Source: Azolla caroliniana | Lineage: Eukaryota > Plantae > Polypodiophyta | Length of the DNA stretch: 64,000 bases | Assembly: GCA_043228905.1 (NCBI GenBank) | Contig: JBHGNT010000010.1 | Coordinates: 1,488,001-1,552,000 of the forward strand | Direction: 5' to 3' | In this document: positions 45,521-58,427 of the stretch, piece by piece | How positions within the stretch are numbered: the stretch's first letter is position 1 | Layout of the letters: each line of letters starts with the position of its first letter | The notes under the pieces: generated by a model | Told to the model about the DNA's origin: nothing | The model's input: only the letters and a program-made list of their open reading frames with translations | Databases searched by the model: none | Program-made: the position numbers and the translations under genes

Positions 45521-47045
45521 TTTTCAATGGTTTCAAACATGCACCTCCTGTCTGCTCTTTTATCGTCTGTTTTGGAGATCTATGAAATGTTGGGGAAGAC
45601 CATAAAAAAGCAAAATGGACATCAATCAAAGAATACTAATCATGAGGAACTACTACGAGCATTTGAGGTCAAACATCCATTGTGGCTCTTAAAAGTAAAC
45701 GTATGTATATGACATACTATGTGATTATAGAAGGCTTATCGACCTTACATATTTCAAGAGATGATGTGTTCTCTTTTGTATTGCTCAAAACATTGTATGT
45801 AAACATAGAGCTCTTAGCCACTTTACAATTTTGGTCCACAACAAGAGGAGTAGATTGGATGATACTACTCTTCTTCCACATTGTTGCTATCACCTATTCT
45901 ACACTATTTGCCCACATATGGAGTCATTATGTACATGTTATACATTGCAATGTAAAATTCTTAAGTCAAGTTGATGTGCAAAGAACAAACTACTTCTAGT
46001 TTGATGTCCACAAAGTGCAATAACTTTGGTTTTGAAATCAAATGGTCAATGGCCATAATTCACAAAACTTGTACATCTAATGCTTATGAAGGCTCATGAA
46101 GAACCTGTGTTTGAAACCTTTATTAAAGTGCGTACAAATTATTGCATAAACTCAAGAAACATATATTTTGAGCTGCTTGTGCCATGGGTAAAACTCAATA
46201 GAAATAAGTCACTTTATGATTGTAAACTGATGGTATTATGAATGATGCACAAAATGGGGTCAATGTGGATATTGAATGGCCAACCAATATTCTAATGAAT
46301 CACCTACCCTACAATGTTAAGTGGTAGTGAGCCATCTAAAGTTAATAGTATAGAGAGTAAAGACTTACCAACAACATTAGTAGAATTATGTAGGGCATTC
46401 ATGACATTTTACACATTATGCTCGGATTTATGGCAACAGTTGGCAAAGGAGAAGCCGCTCTTCTTGATGTGAGTCGATGATTGAATGCATACGATTTCAT
46501 CGAGGTTGACTTGGTTGGTCAACTCCAAATGATTGATTGTCATGGATGTCAATTATAATGTGTGTGTATATAGAGGTTGTTCGGAGTTCCTAACATTTCA
46601 TGGTTTGTGACTTTAATATTTCAATGCGTCAACAACCTAATAAAAGCAAGAAAAAAATGTCATTTAACCTTACTTAGAGGCCAAAATACCACGCAAGACC
46701 CAAGGAAAAGGTTAGAAGTGAAATTGTTGCCTTATCCTCTTGAACAAAAACTACACAATATGCATTCAATAATTTTGGTAATTGACATCCACATGTCCAA
46801 ATATGTTGATGGGATGCCGACCATAGATCGGGGATTTATCTAAAGCCAGAGAAATGCCTTGTTGTTGAAAACAATGGCCTTTGTATATGATTGCACAAAC
46901 CCTCGCACGATTACTTCACCATGGACCTTTGATCAAAATGTTTGTCTCTCTTGTTTGCCATTGATAATACAAAACGTACTCATGTACTCTAGTTGTATTC
47001 TCTTACCATGTCTCATGTGCTATTTTGGCTCCCTGAGGTAATAAA

Positions 47046-47046
<1 letters not shown>

Positions 47047-47083
<37 letters not shown>

Positions 47084-47088
47084 TGTGT
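47047..47088. repeat. (TG)n microsatellite
   Basis: Seen directly. Confidence 0.9.
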
Positions 47089-47932
47089 CACAACGTGCAC
47101 TCTCAATTGCTATGTCCATTTGTAAAATTCTTGAACATTGTTGTCAATACTCAACTTCACATATACTACGTGAAAATATTACTTCCAAGGACGGTAACAA
47201 AATCTATCTATCAATCTCATATAACTCCTTGAAGTCCAAACCACCAATATCCATGTCTTCTAGGCCATTTATTTCGTGTTCATTGGGGAAAACTCGTCAC
47301 CCTTGATACAAAAACAAGAGGCCACTATAATGCATTTATCAAGTCCCATCACTTATGCTCGTGTGAGTGGGGTGGTTTTTGAAGGAGTGTCTACTCTCTC
47401 CCCGTTGCACCAGTCGAGAGAGACAAGATGTTTTTGTAACACACTTATCAAGTCCCACATGCCACAATTGTGAAGGGGATTCCGAAGGAAGGACGAACCG
47501 TCACGAGATAGAGCATCATCACGACCATCACCATTGGAGTCACGATTCAAAATGGCCATGGCCATGATCATTGGAGTCATGATTCAACATGACCATGACC
47601 ATGGCCAACATCAACTCTTTCGTTTGTGATCAGATGACGACATACTGGGTTAAGTGCGCGGGCGTATGGTTTGGTTGGTTGGTTGGTTGGGGGTGCATAG
47701 CTTGACCCTAAGAACACGCAACACGAGATTTGGGCGAGAGTGTCGTGGCTGGGTAGGTATATGAGGTCCGTCAAGGGTTACGGGTTGTTGGGAGGAGTGC
47801 CCGAGGACGGGCGGATGGATGAACAAACAGAGCATGTCAAGGTGATTCCCATCATCGTCGTCGTCATATGCTGGCAATGTGGATGGATTCGATCCGATGA
47901 CCTCTTTCTTTTCTTTTCTACATAAGCTTTGC

Positions 47933-48240
47933 TACATACATAATACATAGATACATACAGAGACATACATAGATACATAGACATACATAGATACATACAG
48001 AAACATAAATAGATACATAGACATACATAGATACATACAGAGACATACATAGATACATACAGAGACATACATAGATACATACAGAGACATACATAGATAC
48101 ATACAGAAACATACATAGATACATACATAGACATACATAGATACATACAGAGACATACATACATACGTACGTACGTCCGACAGATACATACATTATACAT
48201 AGGTATGTATATACACACATATGTACATATATACATACAT
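47933..48240. repeat. (ACATACATAGAT)-type minisatellite
   Basis: Repeated ACATACATAGAT / ACATACAGAG units. Confidence 0.9.
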
Positions 48241-48394
48241 AAAGAGGTAAATAAACAACATTCACTGCAGGAGAGATACAGAGGAAAGAGAGAGAGGAAA
48301 TTAAAAACAAATCGTTCTGAGAACAGATTCCGAGAGCGATGGTGGGCACCCTTCTCATCTCTCTCTCTCTCTCATATAATTCATGACCGTTAAG

Positions 48395-48427
<33 letters not shown>

Positions 48428-48953
48428 GTGTCTCTCTGTGTCTGTGTGTCTTTTGCTGCTTCCTGTAGAATTGCTTTCACTCTTCGTCTGTCATCTCCAT
48501 CTCCATCTCCATTCTGCATTCTTCATCTTCATCTTCATCTTCATCTTCAACCTGCTTCTTCATCTCCATTCTGCATTCTGCATTCTTCATTCTTCATCTG
48601 TTGCTTGGCACCATCTTCATCTTCATCTTCATCTGCATTCTGCACAGAAGACTGATGATTACTCCCCCACCCCCCAGCTCAGCTCCTGCTTTGATTCCGC
48701 AGAACTGATTTCGCTTGCATTTTTCGTCTCTGTATACATTACTGCAATCTGTCGCGGCCTCTGATTCTTCTTTCCAGACATTGTGGCCTGGCCGGCGTGA
48801 AGATTGAGCACTAATTAGCTCAGCTTCTCCGGCTTACTCCTCTCGTCTGTTTGAGAGTATTACTGTACTTCAGCTGCAAGCTCCAGCTATGGTGGCCTTC
48901 ACTGGCCTCTAATTCTGTACTCCCAACTTATACACCAGATCACATCTGCGGCT

Positions 48954-51900
48954 ATGGCCACCTTCACCTCCTCCTCCTCCATCCTCGCAAGTTTCCTTCT
49001 CGCCGTAGCAATACTGCAGCTGTCTCCTGCTTCTGCTGCTTCTTCTTCTTCTTCTTCTTCCTCCTCCTCTTCTTTTCCGTATTCCTTAGAAGCAGAAGAT
49101 TTGCCTCCACCTGATGGCGTTATCATCGCCGAATCTGACCTCCAAGCTTTAATGGCGGTCAAGAGTGCGCTCACCGATCCGCTGAACATACTGCAGAGTT
49201 GGAATTCCTCCAGCTCTGGAGGAGCCTGCGGGGGATCCTGGGTAGGGGTGAAATGCGCGAAGGGCCAAGTCATAGCTCTGCAGCTCGCAAACAAAGCTCT
49301 GGGAGGTTCTCTGTCTCCTCAGATAGGGCAGCTCTTCGCTCTCAGGAAGCTTAACCTCCATTCGAACAGTATCCAAGGTGCCATTCCTTCTTCTCTGTCC
49401 ATGCTCCCTAACCTGCGTGGCCTGTATCTCAACAGGAACCAATTCTCTGGTTCCATTCCTCCTGGCCTCGCTAATTCTCCTTTCCTGCAACGTATCGACC
49501 TTAGCCATAACTCTCTCTCTGGTCTTCTCCCTGCGTTTGTCGTCTCCGCCAATTCCACCTCCATTTCTGCACAGCCTTCTTCTTCTTCTTCTTCTTCTTC
49601 TTCTGGTTCGAAGCTTTATTTCATCGATTTGAGCTACAACAACTTCTCTTCCTCTCTCTCCGCCTCTTCCTTCGCCTCCCTGCCATCTCTGCAGGAGCTC
49701 CGCATCAGCCATAGCTCTCTGCAAGGATCTGTCCCTTCTGCGCTCATGAATCCCCTTCCTTCTCTTTCCATCCTCGACCTCTCCCACAACCAGCTCAACG
49801 GCTCTCTCCCTCAGTTCTCTGTGTCCAACCTCACCTTCTTGGACCTCTCCTTCAACACTCTGTCAGGCCCCATATCTGCAGACCTCTTTGGTAACCTCAC
49901 CTTCCTGAACACCTTGAACCTAAGCAACAATGGCCTCTCCTCCACGATACCTGCAGCGATCGGAAACCTAACAAACTTACAGTCACTAGATCTCTCGGTG
50001 AACAGCTTCAATGGAAGCTTACCACCTTCTCTCGCGGATCTGAAGAACCTCACGGTCTTCAACTGTTCATTCAACAATCTAACAGGTGGGGTACCTGCAT
50101 TTGTACACAGATTCGACATGAGCTCTTTCGCAGGGAACGAAGGTCTGTGTGGATACGATGCATCTGTAGCCTGTGCGTTCCAATCTCCGCCGCCGAGCTC
50201 TCCATGGATCTCTAGCACTCCTTCAGATAGCAATACCACATCATCTCTGACGCCGAATCCCGACCAGTCGGGGGGGAGGAGGAGGCGATTCAGCAGGGCC
50301 ACATTTCTTGTGATAGTGATAGGCAGTGTGGCGGCAGGGGTCCTGCTCATATGTCTGCTATCTGCTCTGCTCTGCATCTTCTGCAGGCAGATGGGCTCCT
50401 CCACTACTACCACTACGAAGAGAGATGACATGTCGAGCACCACGAAGACGAAGACCAATTCAGGGGCCGATTCGAGCAATGCGGACGAATACGGGGGCCA
50501 GAAGTTCAATTCCGGACGGATCTCATCGGGGGGGAAAGAGAAAGATGCCTATGGATCGGGCGGAGGAGGAGGAGGAGGAGAGGTGGGCGGTGGGAAGCTT
50601 GTCCATTTCGATGGCTCCCTGCGGTTCACGGCCGATGGGCTGCTGTGCGCCACTGCCGAGGTGCTCGGGAAGAGCACGTATGGCACCGTCTACAAGGCCA
50701 CGTTCGAGGATGGGAGCGAGGTGGCCGTGAAACGGCTCCGGGAAGGGGTCGTGAAGAGCCAGCGCGACTTCGAGTTGGAGGTGAATGTGCTGGGCAAGAT
50801 CCGGCACCCCAATCTCCTGTCTCTCCGTGGCTACTACTGGGGACCCAAGAATGAGAAGCTCCTCATCTTCGACTTCATGCCGGGAGGGAGCTTGTCCGCA
50901 TTCCTTCATGGTAAGACCATAATTCCTTAACTCAACTATGATGATGATTATGATTATGATTATGATTATGATTATGATTATTATTATGATGACGATGATT
51001 ATGATTATTACGATGATGATTAGGATTATGATTATTATGATGATGATTATGATTATGATGATGTGTTGATGCTTCGATGCACTTATCCTGCAGCACGCAT
51101 CCACATCCTTGCGAATATATATAGGCATCATCACATTCTAGCATATGAAACAGTTTAGCACACTTCGATTCGTTCAAGCCTGTCGGGGAAAAAGATCTTA
51201 GTAACATAGATTTTGATTGTAGAAATTAACCCCAGGATTGCTTAGTACCCAATTTGGCTCTCCATACTCTACCCACAAGAAATCTATGGAAAGGATATAT
51301 GTTTATGCCTAGAACTTGATGTTTTGTTTTCTCTCCAGCTAGTCTTAATTAAACCTTTTCAAAGCTTGGGTACTAAGCAATTCTGGCATTAACTTCACAC
51401 AAGGAATTGTGTGTTATCCTAGTAAATAAATCTAGGTCTTGCTGCACCATAACTTCACAAAACAAAGGAGTACAATGGTGTAGAGAGAAATCTTGGTTGG
51501 GTGTCATGAATCTGTGTCTGTCTCCCCCTTTTCCTCTGTAATAATATGTATATAGAAGATTTGTATTCTCTTTACTGATGATTTCTTGACAGCTCGCGGA
51601 CCCGAGACTCCCCTCACGTGGCACACGCGCCTCAACATTGCGGCCGGAGCCGCGCGTGGGCTCGCCCATCTCCACGCGACAGAGCACATCATCCACGGGA
51701 ACCTCACCGCGGGCAACATCCTCCTGGACGCGCGCATGAACTCGAAGCTCTCCGACTTCGGCCTCTCACGGCTCATGACCTCGGCCGCGAATGCCAATGT
51801 GATCGCGACCGCCACTGCGCTTGGGTACCGCGCGCCCGAGCTCACCAAGCTACGCAAGGCCACCACCCGATCTGATGTGTACAGTTTTGGGGTTGTCTTG

Positions 51901-52221
51901 CTAGAGCTCCTCACGGGGAAGTCCCCCGCGGAGGCCACCTCGGGCGACCAAACGGCCGGGATGGACTTGCCCGAGTGGGTCGCGTCCATCGTGAAGGAGG
52001 AGTGGACGAATGAGATCTTCGACTTGGAGCTCATGAAGGGCTCCGCCCCTACCGAGGACGAGCTCATCAACACGCTTCAATTGGCCATGAACTGCGTTGC
52101 CCCGTCCCCAGGCAGCCGGCCCTCAATGGAGGAGATTTCCCGGCACCTCGATGAGACGCTCGGTAAGCCCGACCAACACCAGCACACGACCACGACGTCC
52201 TCCGACTCGTCGGCCGTCTAA
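48954..52221 (+). CDS. IMK2-like: LRR receptor-like kinase, IMK2/IMK3-like (LRR-III)
   Basis: Signal peptide, LRRNT ([24 protein letters not shown]), plant LRRs, [13 protein letters not shown] helix, and [35 protein letters not shown]. Exon 1 is 48954-50910, GT-AG intron 50911-51592, exon 2 51593-52221 with HGNL, DFG and APE. Confidence 0.95.
50937..51063. repeat. (ATG/ATT)n microsatellite in the RLK intron
   Basis: Seen directly. Confidence 0.9.
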
Positions 52222-55200
52222 AAATTCGCCCATCCATCTCTACCATGTGTACACATTTTTACCCCATGTATGTATGATGTGTACACCTCCTTACCATACA
52301 TAGATTTAAGCAAAGCTCACTCTAATCAACATATGCTTACCTCTTAATTTAGCAAAGGGTTGATCTTAATCTTAGTTTCTGAGCTCTTAACCCAAGCTTG
52401 AGCTTCATAATCCCCCGCCCCTTCTAATTATCTGCCATCTTCTCTCATTCATAATTTCATTCGATTTTGAATCAATTTATTTGCTGAGTTTATATGCCAT
52501 TCGAGCTCTACTATTATCCTACCTCCTCTGCTTGATTTGTATATTGATTGCCACCGCCTTCTCGCTCGGCATCGATTTATTTACAAACATTTATGCCTTA
52601 CTTGCTTCGAATTGCTTGTTTCCGATTGAATGCGCGCTATACAAAGGAGCAAACCAAGGTGTTTTTGCTAGCACAAGAGTGATCTTTCTCGCTCTTTGAA
52701 TCATGGAAAATATAGCAATGTCAAAAGCTTTTCAAGCATTTTTCTTTTTCAGTCTAGCAACATACAAAGGTGCAAATCGAGGTTGTCCATCAACTTAGTG
52801 ACAGATGCCGAAGATCGACCAAAATTGAGTATTATCGAGAAACCACATTTTTAGCACATAATGCTTGTACATGTGGTTCCTCACACCTGTGATCAAGTAT
52901 ACAAAAACTCCAATTGTCACTAAGCTTTTCTCATAGTCTTTCTCCTCTACTTGTCCTTAGAAAAAGAAACTAATTTTTTGAACCTTAAGACACTATCTGG
53001 TGGAATCCACGCTTTATGCTCATAAATTCCTTTAAATTGTGTTGTTACAAATTAGGGGTAGGGGGGTTTCGTTGTTTACTTTTGGCCAAAACATTTGATG
53101 TTCCCAATGGCACATGAATGCAAGAGGCTTTCAAGCTTGACATCAATATCATATGCACCTCTGTCATGTTTAAATGCAATGGTCACTCATTCGGAAGCAT
53201 AAGGACCAACGTCTCATATTTATGGTGCTTCTTTAATAAATACCTTGCAGGTTGTAAAGTTTTCTTTTGCTTGCCCCTTGCAATGGAACTGTTGGGTGTC
53301 TTCTTTTTGGTAACATTGAAAACAATGCCTCGCATTAATGGGTCTCTTTCTTTCTCTCTATCTCTTCTCGATCTTGAATGACAAAATAGGACGTCCCATC
53401 CTCTTCTACATTTGGCAAAACCTCGACTATCTTGTCTCTCTTCTCCCGAACTTGGAGACATCCCTTCAAAGGTTCTTCGACCTTGGTTTATTACATTGGT
53501 CCAAATTTTCACTTTGTCGCATTTAGTTTAGTGCGATTCATTACCGTTTCTCTAGTGGCTTATGCCTTCTTGCATTGAAAAGACAAACTTTTGGAACTTC
53601 AAGGTAAAAATATTTTTAGTTTGCTGGACACAAATTGGAATAGGAAAATGGAAAATATACAAAAAGTGAAAGTTTGAACCAAAATCCATTCTTTTGTTTG
53701 AAACACACAAAAAATGAATTCAACCACTTACTACTACTTTCTCTTTTTTGTTGATGACAAAAAAGGACACCATATCCATTTTGTTAAAGCAGAAATCCAT
53801 GCCTCTCTCCTAGTGTTCTTAGAGGTGGCCTTGCCAAGTTGCCACTTATAACTATTTTGATCCAAACCTACTCTTAATCATTTTTTGTCATGGCCCATTC
53901 ATTAAGTTCTCACAAGTACTTGAAGTTTCTGACATTGGAAATGTTAAACACTTTAGTGTCTAGGTAGGAAGACCTTGTTCTTTGATAACTTATGCGAGGA
54001 GAAAAAATTCAAGGGAAAATATAAAGAATATCTCATGATAATTTATAAGGGTAATATGGGATATCACTTTTGGCCATGATCATATTAGTAAATAAATTGT
54101 GACCTTGTCCGAAATAGCCATAAGAAAAAGTAGTTCAGTGATAATCTATCATAATAAATCAAAGCAAGGTGAAGAGATAATGAGAAACCAGAAAGAATTA
54201 AAGCAAGGGTGGGGGCAAGGACAAAGTAAAGGGATAGTGCATGGCACCTAACCTAATCATGTTGGTGTGTGATCGTTATCCCCCAAGGGATTCCCAAGGT
54301 GTTTGCGTACAAATATAGCACGCTTTTGTCTACTAGAACAAACACATTACGAAATGCTCAACTACAACTTTAACATTCACGATGTTCCTTAAATTAATTG
54401 AGGAATCAGGATGATAGCTCATCTCTAGTCATTGCAAATTTGCAAGTTTGCAACCCCTCTTTGCACAAGAAAGGATAATGGCATGGTATCAAAGTGGATG
54501 GATCATCATGGCTACACAATCTTGATGAATCTAGATTCTAGACTTCAATGTGGGTTGCATAGGGTGTTCCTATCATATCATGGGTTTTGGTAACATTGAA
54601 TATTAATGTTTCAAATTCCAAAGTTGTAACCAAGCTAAAGAAATAGATAGAATTTGTTGGAAATAGAGAACTTTCCTCCTGATGTGACAAATATATATAA
54701 AAAAGGTTAGTGCGTCCGTGCGTGAGAGATAGAGACTCAAGAGTGATTTTTATTATCATATTGGGAGGTCAATTGTAACTCTTTGGAACCAAAGTGAAGC
54801 ATTTTCACGTGTGTCTCGAGTTGATAAGGAACCGTTTACGTTAGAGAGTTGTAATAATGAAAAAAATAGGGTAAATAGAGATTAGACAATGAACATTCGT
54901 ACATGAATCCTAGACTTGTTTTATATGTTTTAGTGTTCCTAGATTTGGGCTAGTACATTTAGTCATACAAGACGACATACACATATTTCAGTCCTTGATT
55001 ATATATTTTCTAACGTCGTAAGTGTTGCCTATAAGATCTAAGAAGGCATTGATGCCATGTTGGTTACCGAAACAAAGAGGATACTTAACATCTCATTTCA
55101 TGCTAAAAGACAATGTGAAGCCATTGCCTTTAGAATTTATGCATAGAATGTGTGCTTGCAAACATTCTAATCTTTGAATCCACAAGTAAAATAGCACTTT

Positions 55201-57218
55201 TGCTAACTGAATAAAACACGTGGTGCTGAAGGAATATATAAATTCAATATGTCCAACAATGTTCTTCATCTATGTGGTAAATGACAATGTTTATATAGCT
55301 TGCTTGGATGTCATTGAAATTCAATGGTAATAAAGCTCATCATTGGTTGCCAAGATATATTTCACATGAATCCTCGGTGATTTTATGCTTTTTTATCCAG
55401 GATCATGCAAGCTCATAGTTTCTTGTGACAACTTCTCACAACATAAGGGTAAAAAACAACCAGATTGTCTTTCTAAGGCAAAGTTGACAAGGCTTTAAGA
55501 AGGAGAAATAAATGGACAAGTTTGTGTCCACCCAATGTTGCTTTATCCATTGTAACATGAACAAAGTCAAGTTTGATAAGTATCTTGGTAAAAATAGCTT
55601 GGCAACTTCAAGTTGCTAACCACGTGCAAATTGAGACTCTAGTGATACACTAAGAATAAACTATGGCTTGTTCTAAAAATTAATTTACAATCCATTGGAT
55701 ACTGCGTTTGCTAATTAGGGAGTGCTCTCCAATTAGAAGCCATGATTAGTCAATAGAAAAGTCTCATTTCCTAAATACAATTGTATTGCAAAGTGAAATA
55801 TTGTAATATTTGGGTTTCTTTACTTTGGTTTCAATCCAATTGTAGGAAAGACGTAAAGATGTAGGGACTGTCTTGGAGGAAGACTCAATGAAATAGGCAT
55901 GCTTTGTGAAGACAGGTGCAAATTTAAAAAGACAACTAGCCATGTTTTCAATGGAAATCAATTCTATGATAGAAAATTACCAACTACAATGAGCGTTAAA
56001 CGAATGAAGATTAAGCTAATATAGAAACTCGAATTAAACTCGTCATTATATTCATCAAGTGCATGCTTTGAAGATACATTATAATTTATACTTATAATAT
56101 GATCTAAAATATGCACTTAATCTATATTTCCATATTATTAGGAGCCTAACTTTAACAAGGCATATCTCGGTAATGCTAAAAAATAACATGAATTTACATA
56201 TATGTGAATAATAGTTACACAAAATTTCCAAGGACCTTGCTAAGCTATTTTGTAATTGTTTTGTTTCATTCAACACTTACTCATGTAATGTGTGTGCGTC
56301 AATGAGGCAAGACAATGCTTGCTCCATTCTAGTTAAATATGGTTAAATGAAATCCTCCTTATACATTGATATTTCATGAATAAAATGCAAAACTTTTATT
56401 TTAGACTTATGTGACCTTCTATGATCTATCATCAATACACTTATGAATGTGAAGATTATAAACTCGATTTCGTGGATACGTATATAGTTATACTTATCCG
56501 ATTTATGATATATATCTTCTTAGATTTAGAGGAGCGATTAAAACAATCGGTGACATGGTGGCACCAAATTACAACCTAGGGAAAACGTGCGGTTCATGCG
56601 CATATCACAACTAACAAACATGGCTTCGACAACACCACCATGTCAATTGCGTGCTGTTCATCCATGTGAGTTGTGTTGAAAATGAGACTCATGATTCGAG
56701 GGCGAGTTAACACTACGGGTATAAGTTTTTGACTATTGTTGTACATTCAATGCCAACGGAGAATAAGGTAAAGGGCAGTATTGTTGTTCGAGCTTTATTG
56801 TAGCATCATTGGCGATCGTTTCTACACCTGTCGTGATTGCATGGACGAGTCAAGCCGAGTGGTGTGTGGAGATAAATTTCTAAACCGGCCGGGATTTGAG
56901 ATTTGGACGGGACACAAGAGGCTTGGGATGTCCGGCCCGACCAAAACCAGCCATCAAGGAATGAATGGGGATGGCCATTGAAGAGAAGGATTTTGGGTCC
57001 TTGGGACAAGCATTTACATGTATGTCATGTTGTTTCTGAAACATGAAGGAAAAATTGTGGAGCATAGTTTTATAAATCTCTCAAATGTTCTCACTTTCTT
57101 TTGTTTAACACAGCCGCGTTTTGACTCTAGTTTTTTGAATTAGGGTTTCGTTTTCCTATTCTTCTTCTTCTTCTTCTTCTTTTCTGCGCAGGACCTAAAT
57201 TTGTTTCCTCTGCACAGG

Positions 57219-58427
57219 ATGGGCGAAACAGCCTGCTTCAGGTAATTCCTTCTTCTCCCTTTTAAGCAGCCTGCGAGAGAGTGAGAGAGATGAATGGTGG
57301 TTTTAATGAACGAGGGATGCCCATGATGTACGATGATGATACTGATAATGAATGCTCAATGATGGATGAAGTGATGCATGATAATGACTATCATTGATGA
57401 TGATCATCATGATAACAAATTATAACAGTGAATGCTCAATGATGTATGATGTGTAATTGCACGATGATGATGTGGAGGATGAAGGATGATGAATGATGGA
57501 TGGCAGATGATGAGAGATGGTTCATGATGCATGCATAGTGGATGATCGATGGCGGAAGGTGAATGGTGAACGGTGAGGTCCTGAATCTGACCCTTCATCC
57601 TATCTGATGATGTTAAATATATGCTCTAGAAGATGGATTGTGATTCTGTGATGTGAAAATAGGAGAGACAATAATGATTACACACAATATTTAGACATTG
57701 TATTCAGATTAAGATGATTATGGTGTATCAAGTCGATGTATTAAGATGGTGGCGATGATGATGATGTATAAATGTGATGTTTTATTAAGACGATGATGAT
57801 TATGGTGCCTTCTTGTCTCAGGCTACAGTATAAGTTCACATTTGTCTGAAACCCTTCCGACTAGTGGTATTTGATCTATATGTAAGAAGGATTACCTAAT
57901 TGCTTTTGTTTTATGTTGATATATCGGGTACTATACGAATATCTTGTGTGAACTAAAAAATATCCACATACTTGATTCATATCATAACTTTTGGTTTATT
58001 GTTTCAAAACATTAGATATAAAACATAAGCGTCTGCATTATTAACATTGGGCTATGTCCATTGCAGCTGCCGACAATGTGGGACAAACTTGGATTTACAT
58101 TCAAGTAACCTATATAATCCAAATCAGTATTTTGAAGCTGGAAATAAAGGCACTTTGTCGTTCTTCTCAATAAACGAAAGCAAATTTCGTCAAACACAAG
58201 AGGCAAAGCTGATGCCATTTTTTGAAACTCGGGATTATTGGGGCATTCAGCGCAAGAGAACGAAGCTTTGTTGTATTTCTTGTGGTGCCTTAATTGGTCA
58301 CATCTACGATGATGGGCCTCCTGTTACCAATGGTACGGGACAATATTTCATGGGTCCTAGCCAAGTAACCCCTCGGTATAAACGATATCGGATGAAGATT
58401 AAAGCATTGCAACATTATACTCAATAA
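57219..58427 (+). CDS. At4g08330/At2g17705-like small zinc-binding protein (Yippee/Mss4-like)
   Basis: Exon 57219-57241 (MGETACF, AG|GT) joins in frame to exon 58067-58427: SCRQCGTNL...YFEAGNKGTLSF...PFFETRDYWGIQRKRTKLCCISCGALIGHIYDDGPP...MGPSQV. Two CxxC motifs. Confidence 0.87.

Noticed and set aside
45530-46500. Possible decayed hAT transposase (HVIHC...RTN-like peptide)
   Set aside because: Too fragmentary to support without a translated search.
47778-48764. ORFs of repetitive MYLC/VCIY and HLHL peptides
   Set aside because: Translations of micro- and minisatellites.
50523-51207. Poly-Ile and poly-His/Asn ORFs
   Set aside because: They derive from the intronic (ATG/ATT)n repeat and the antisense strand of the kinase.
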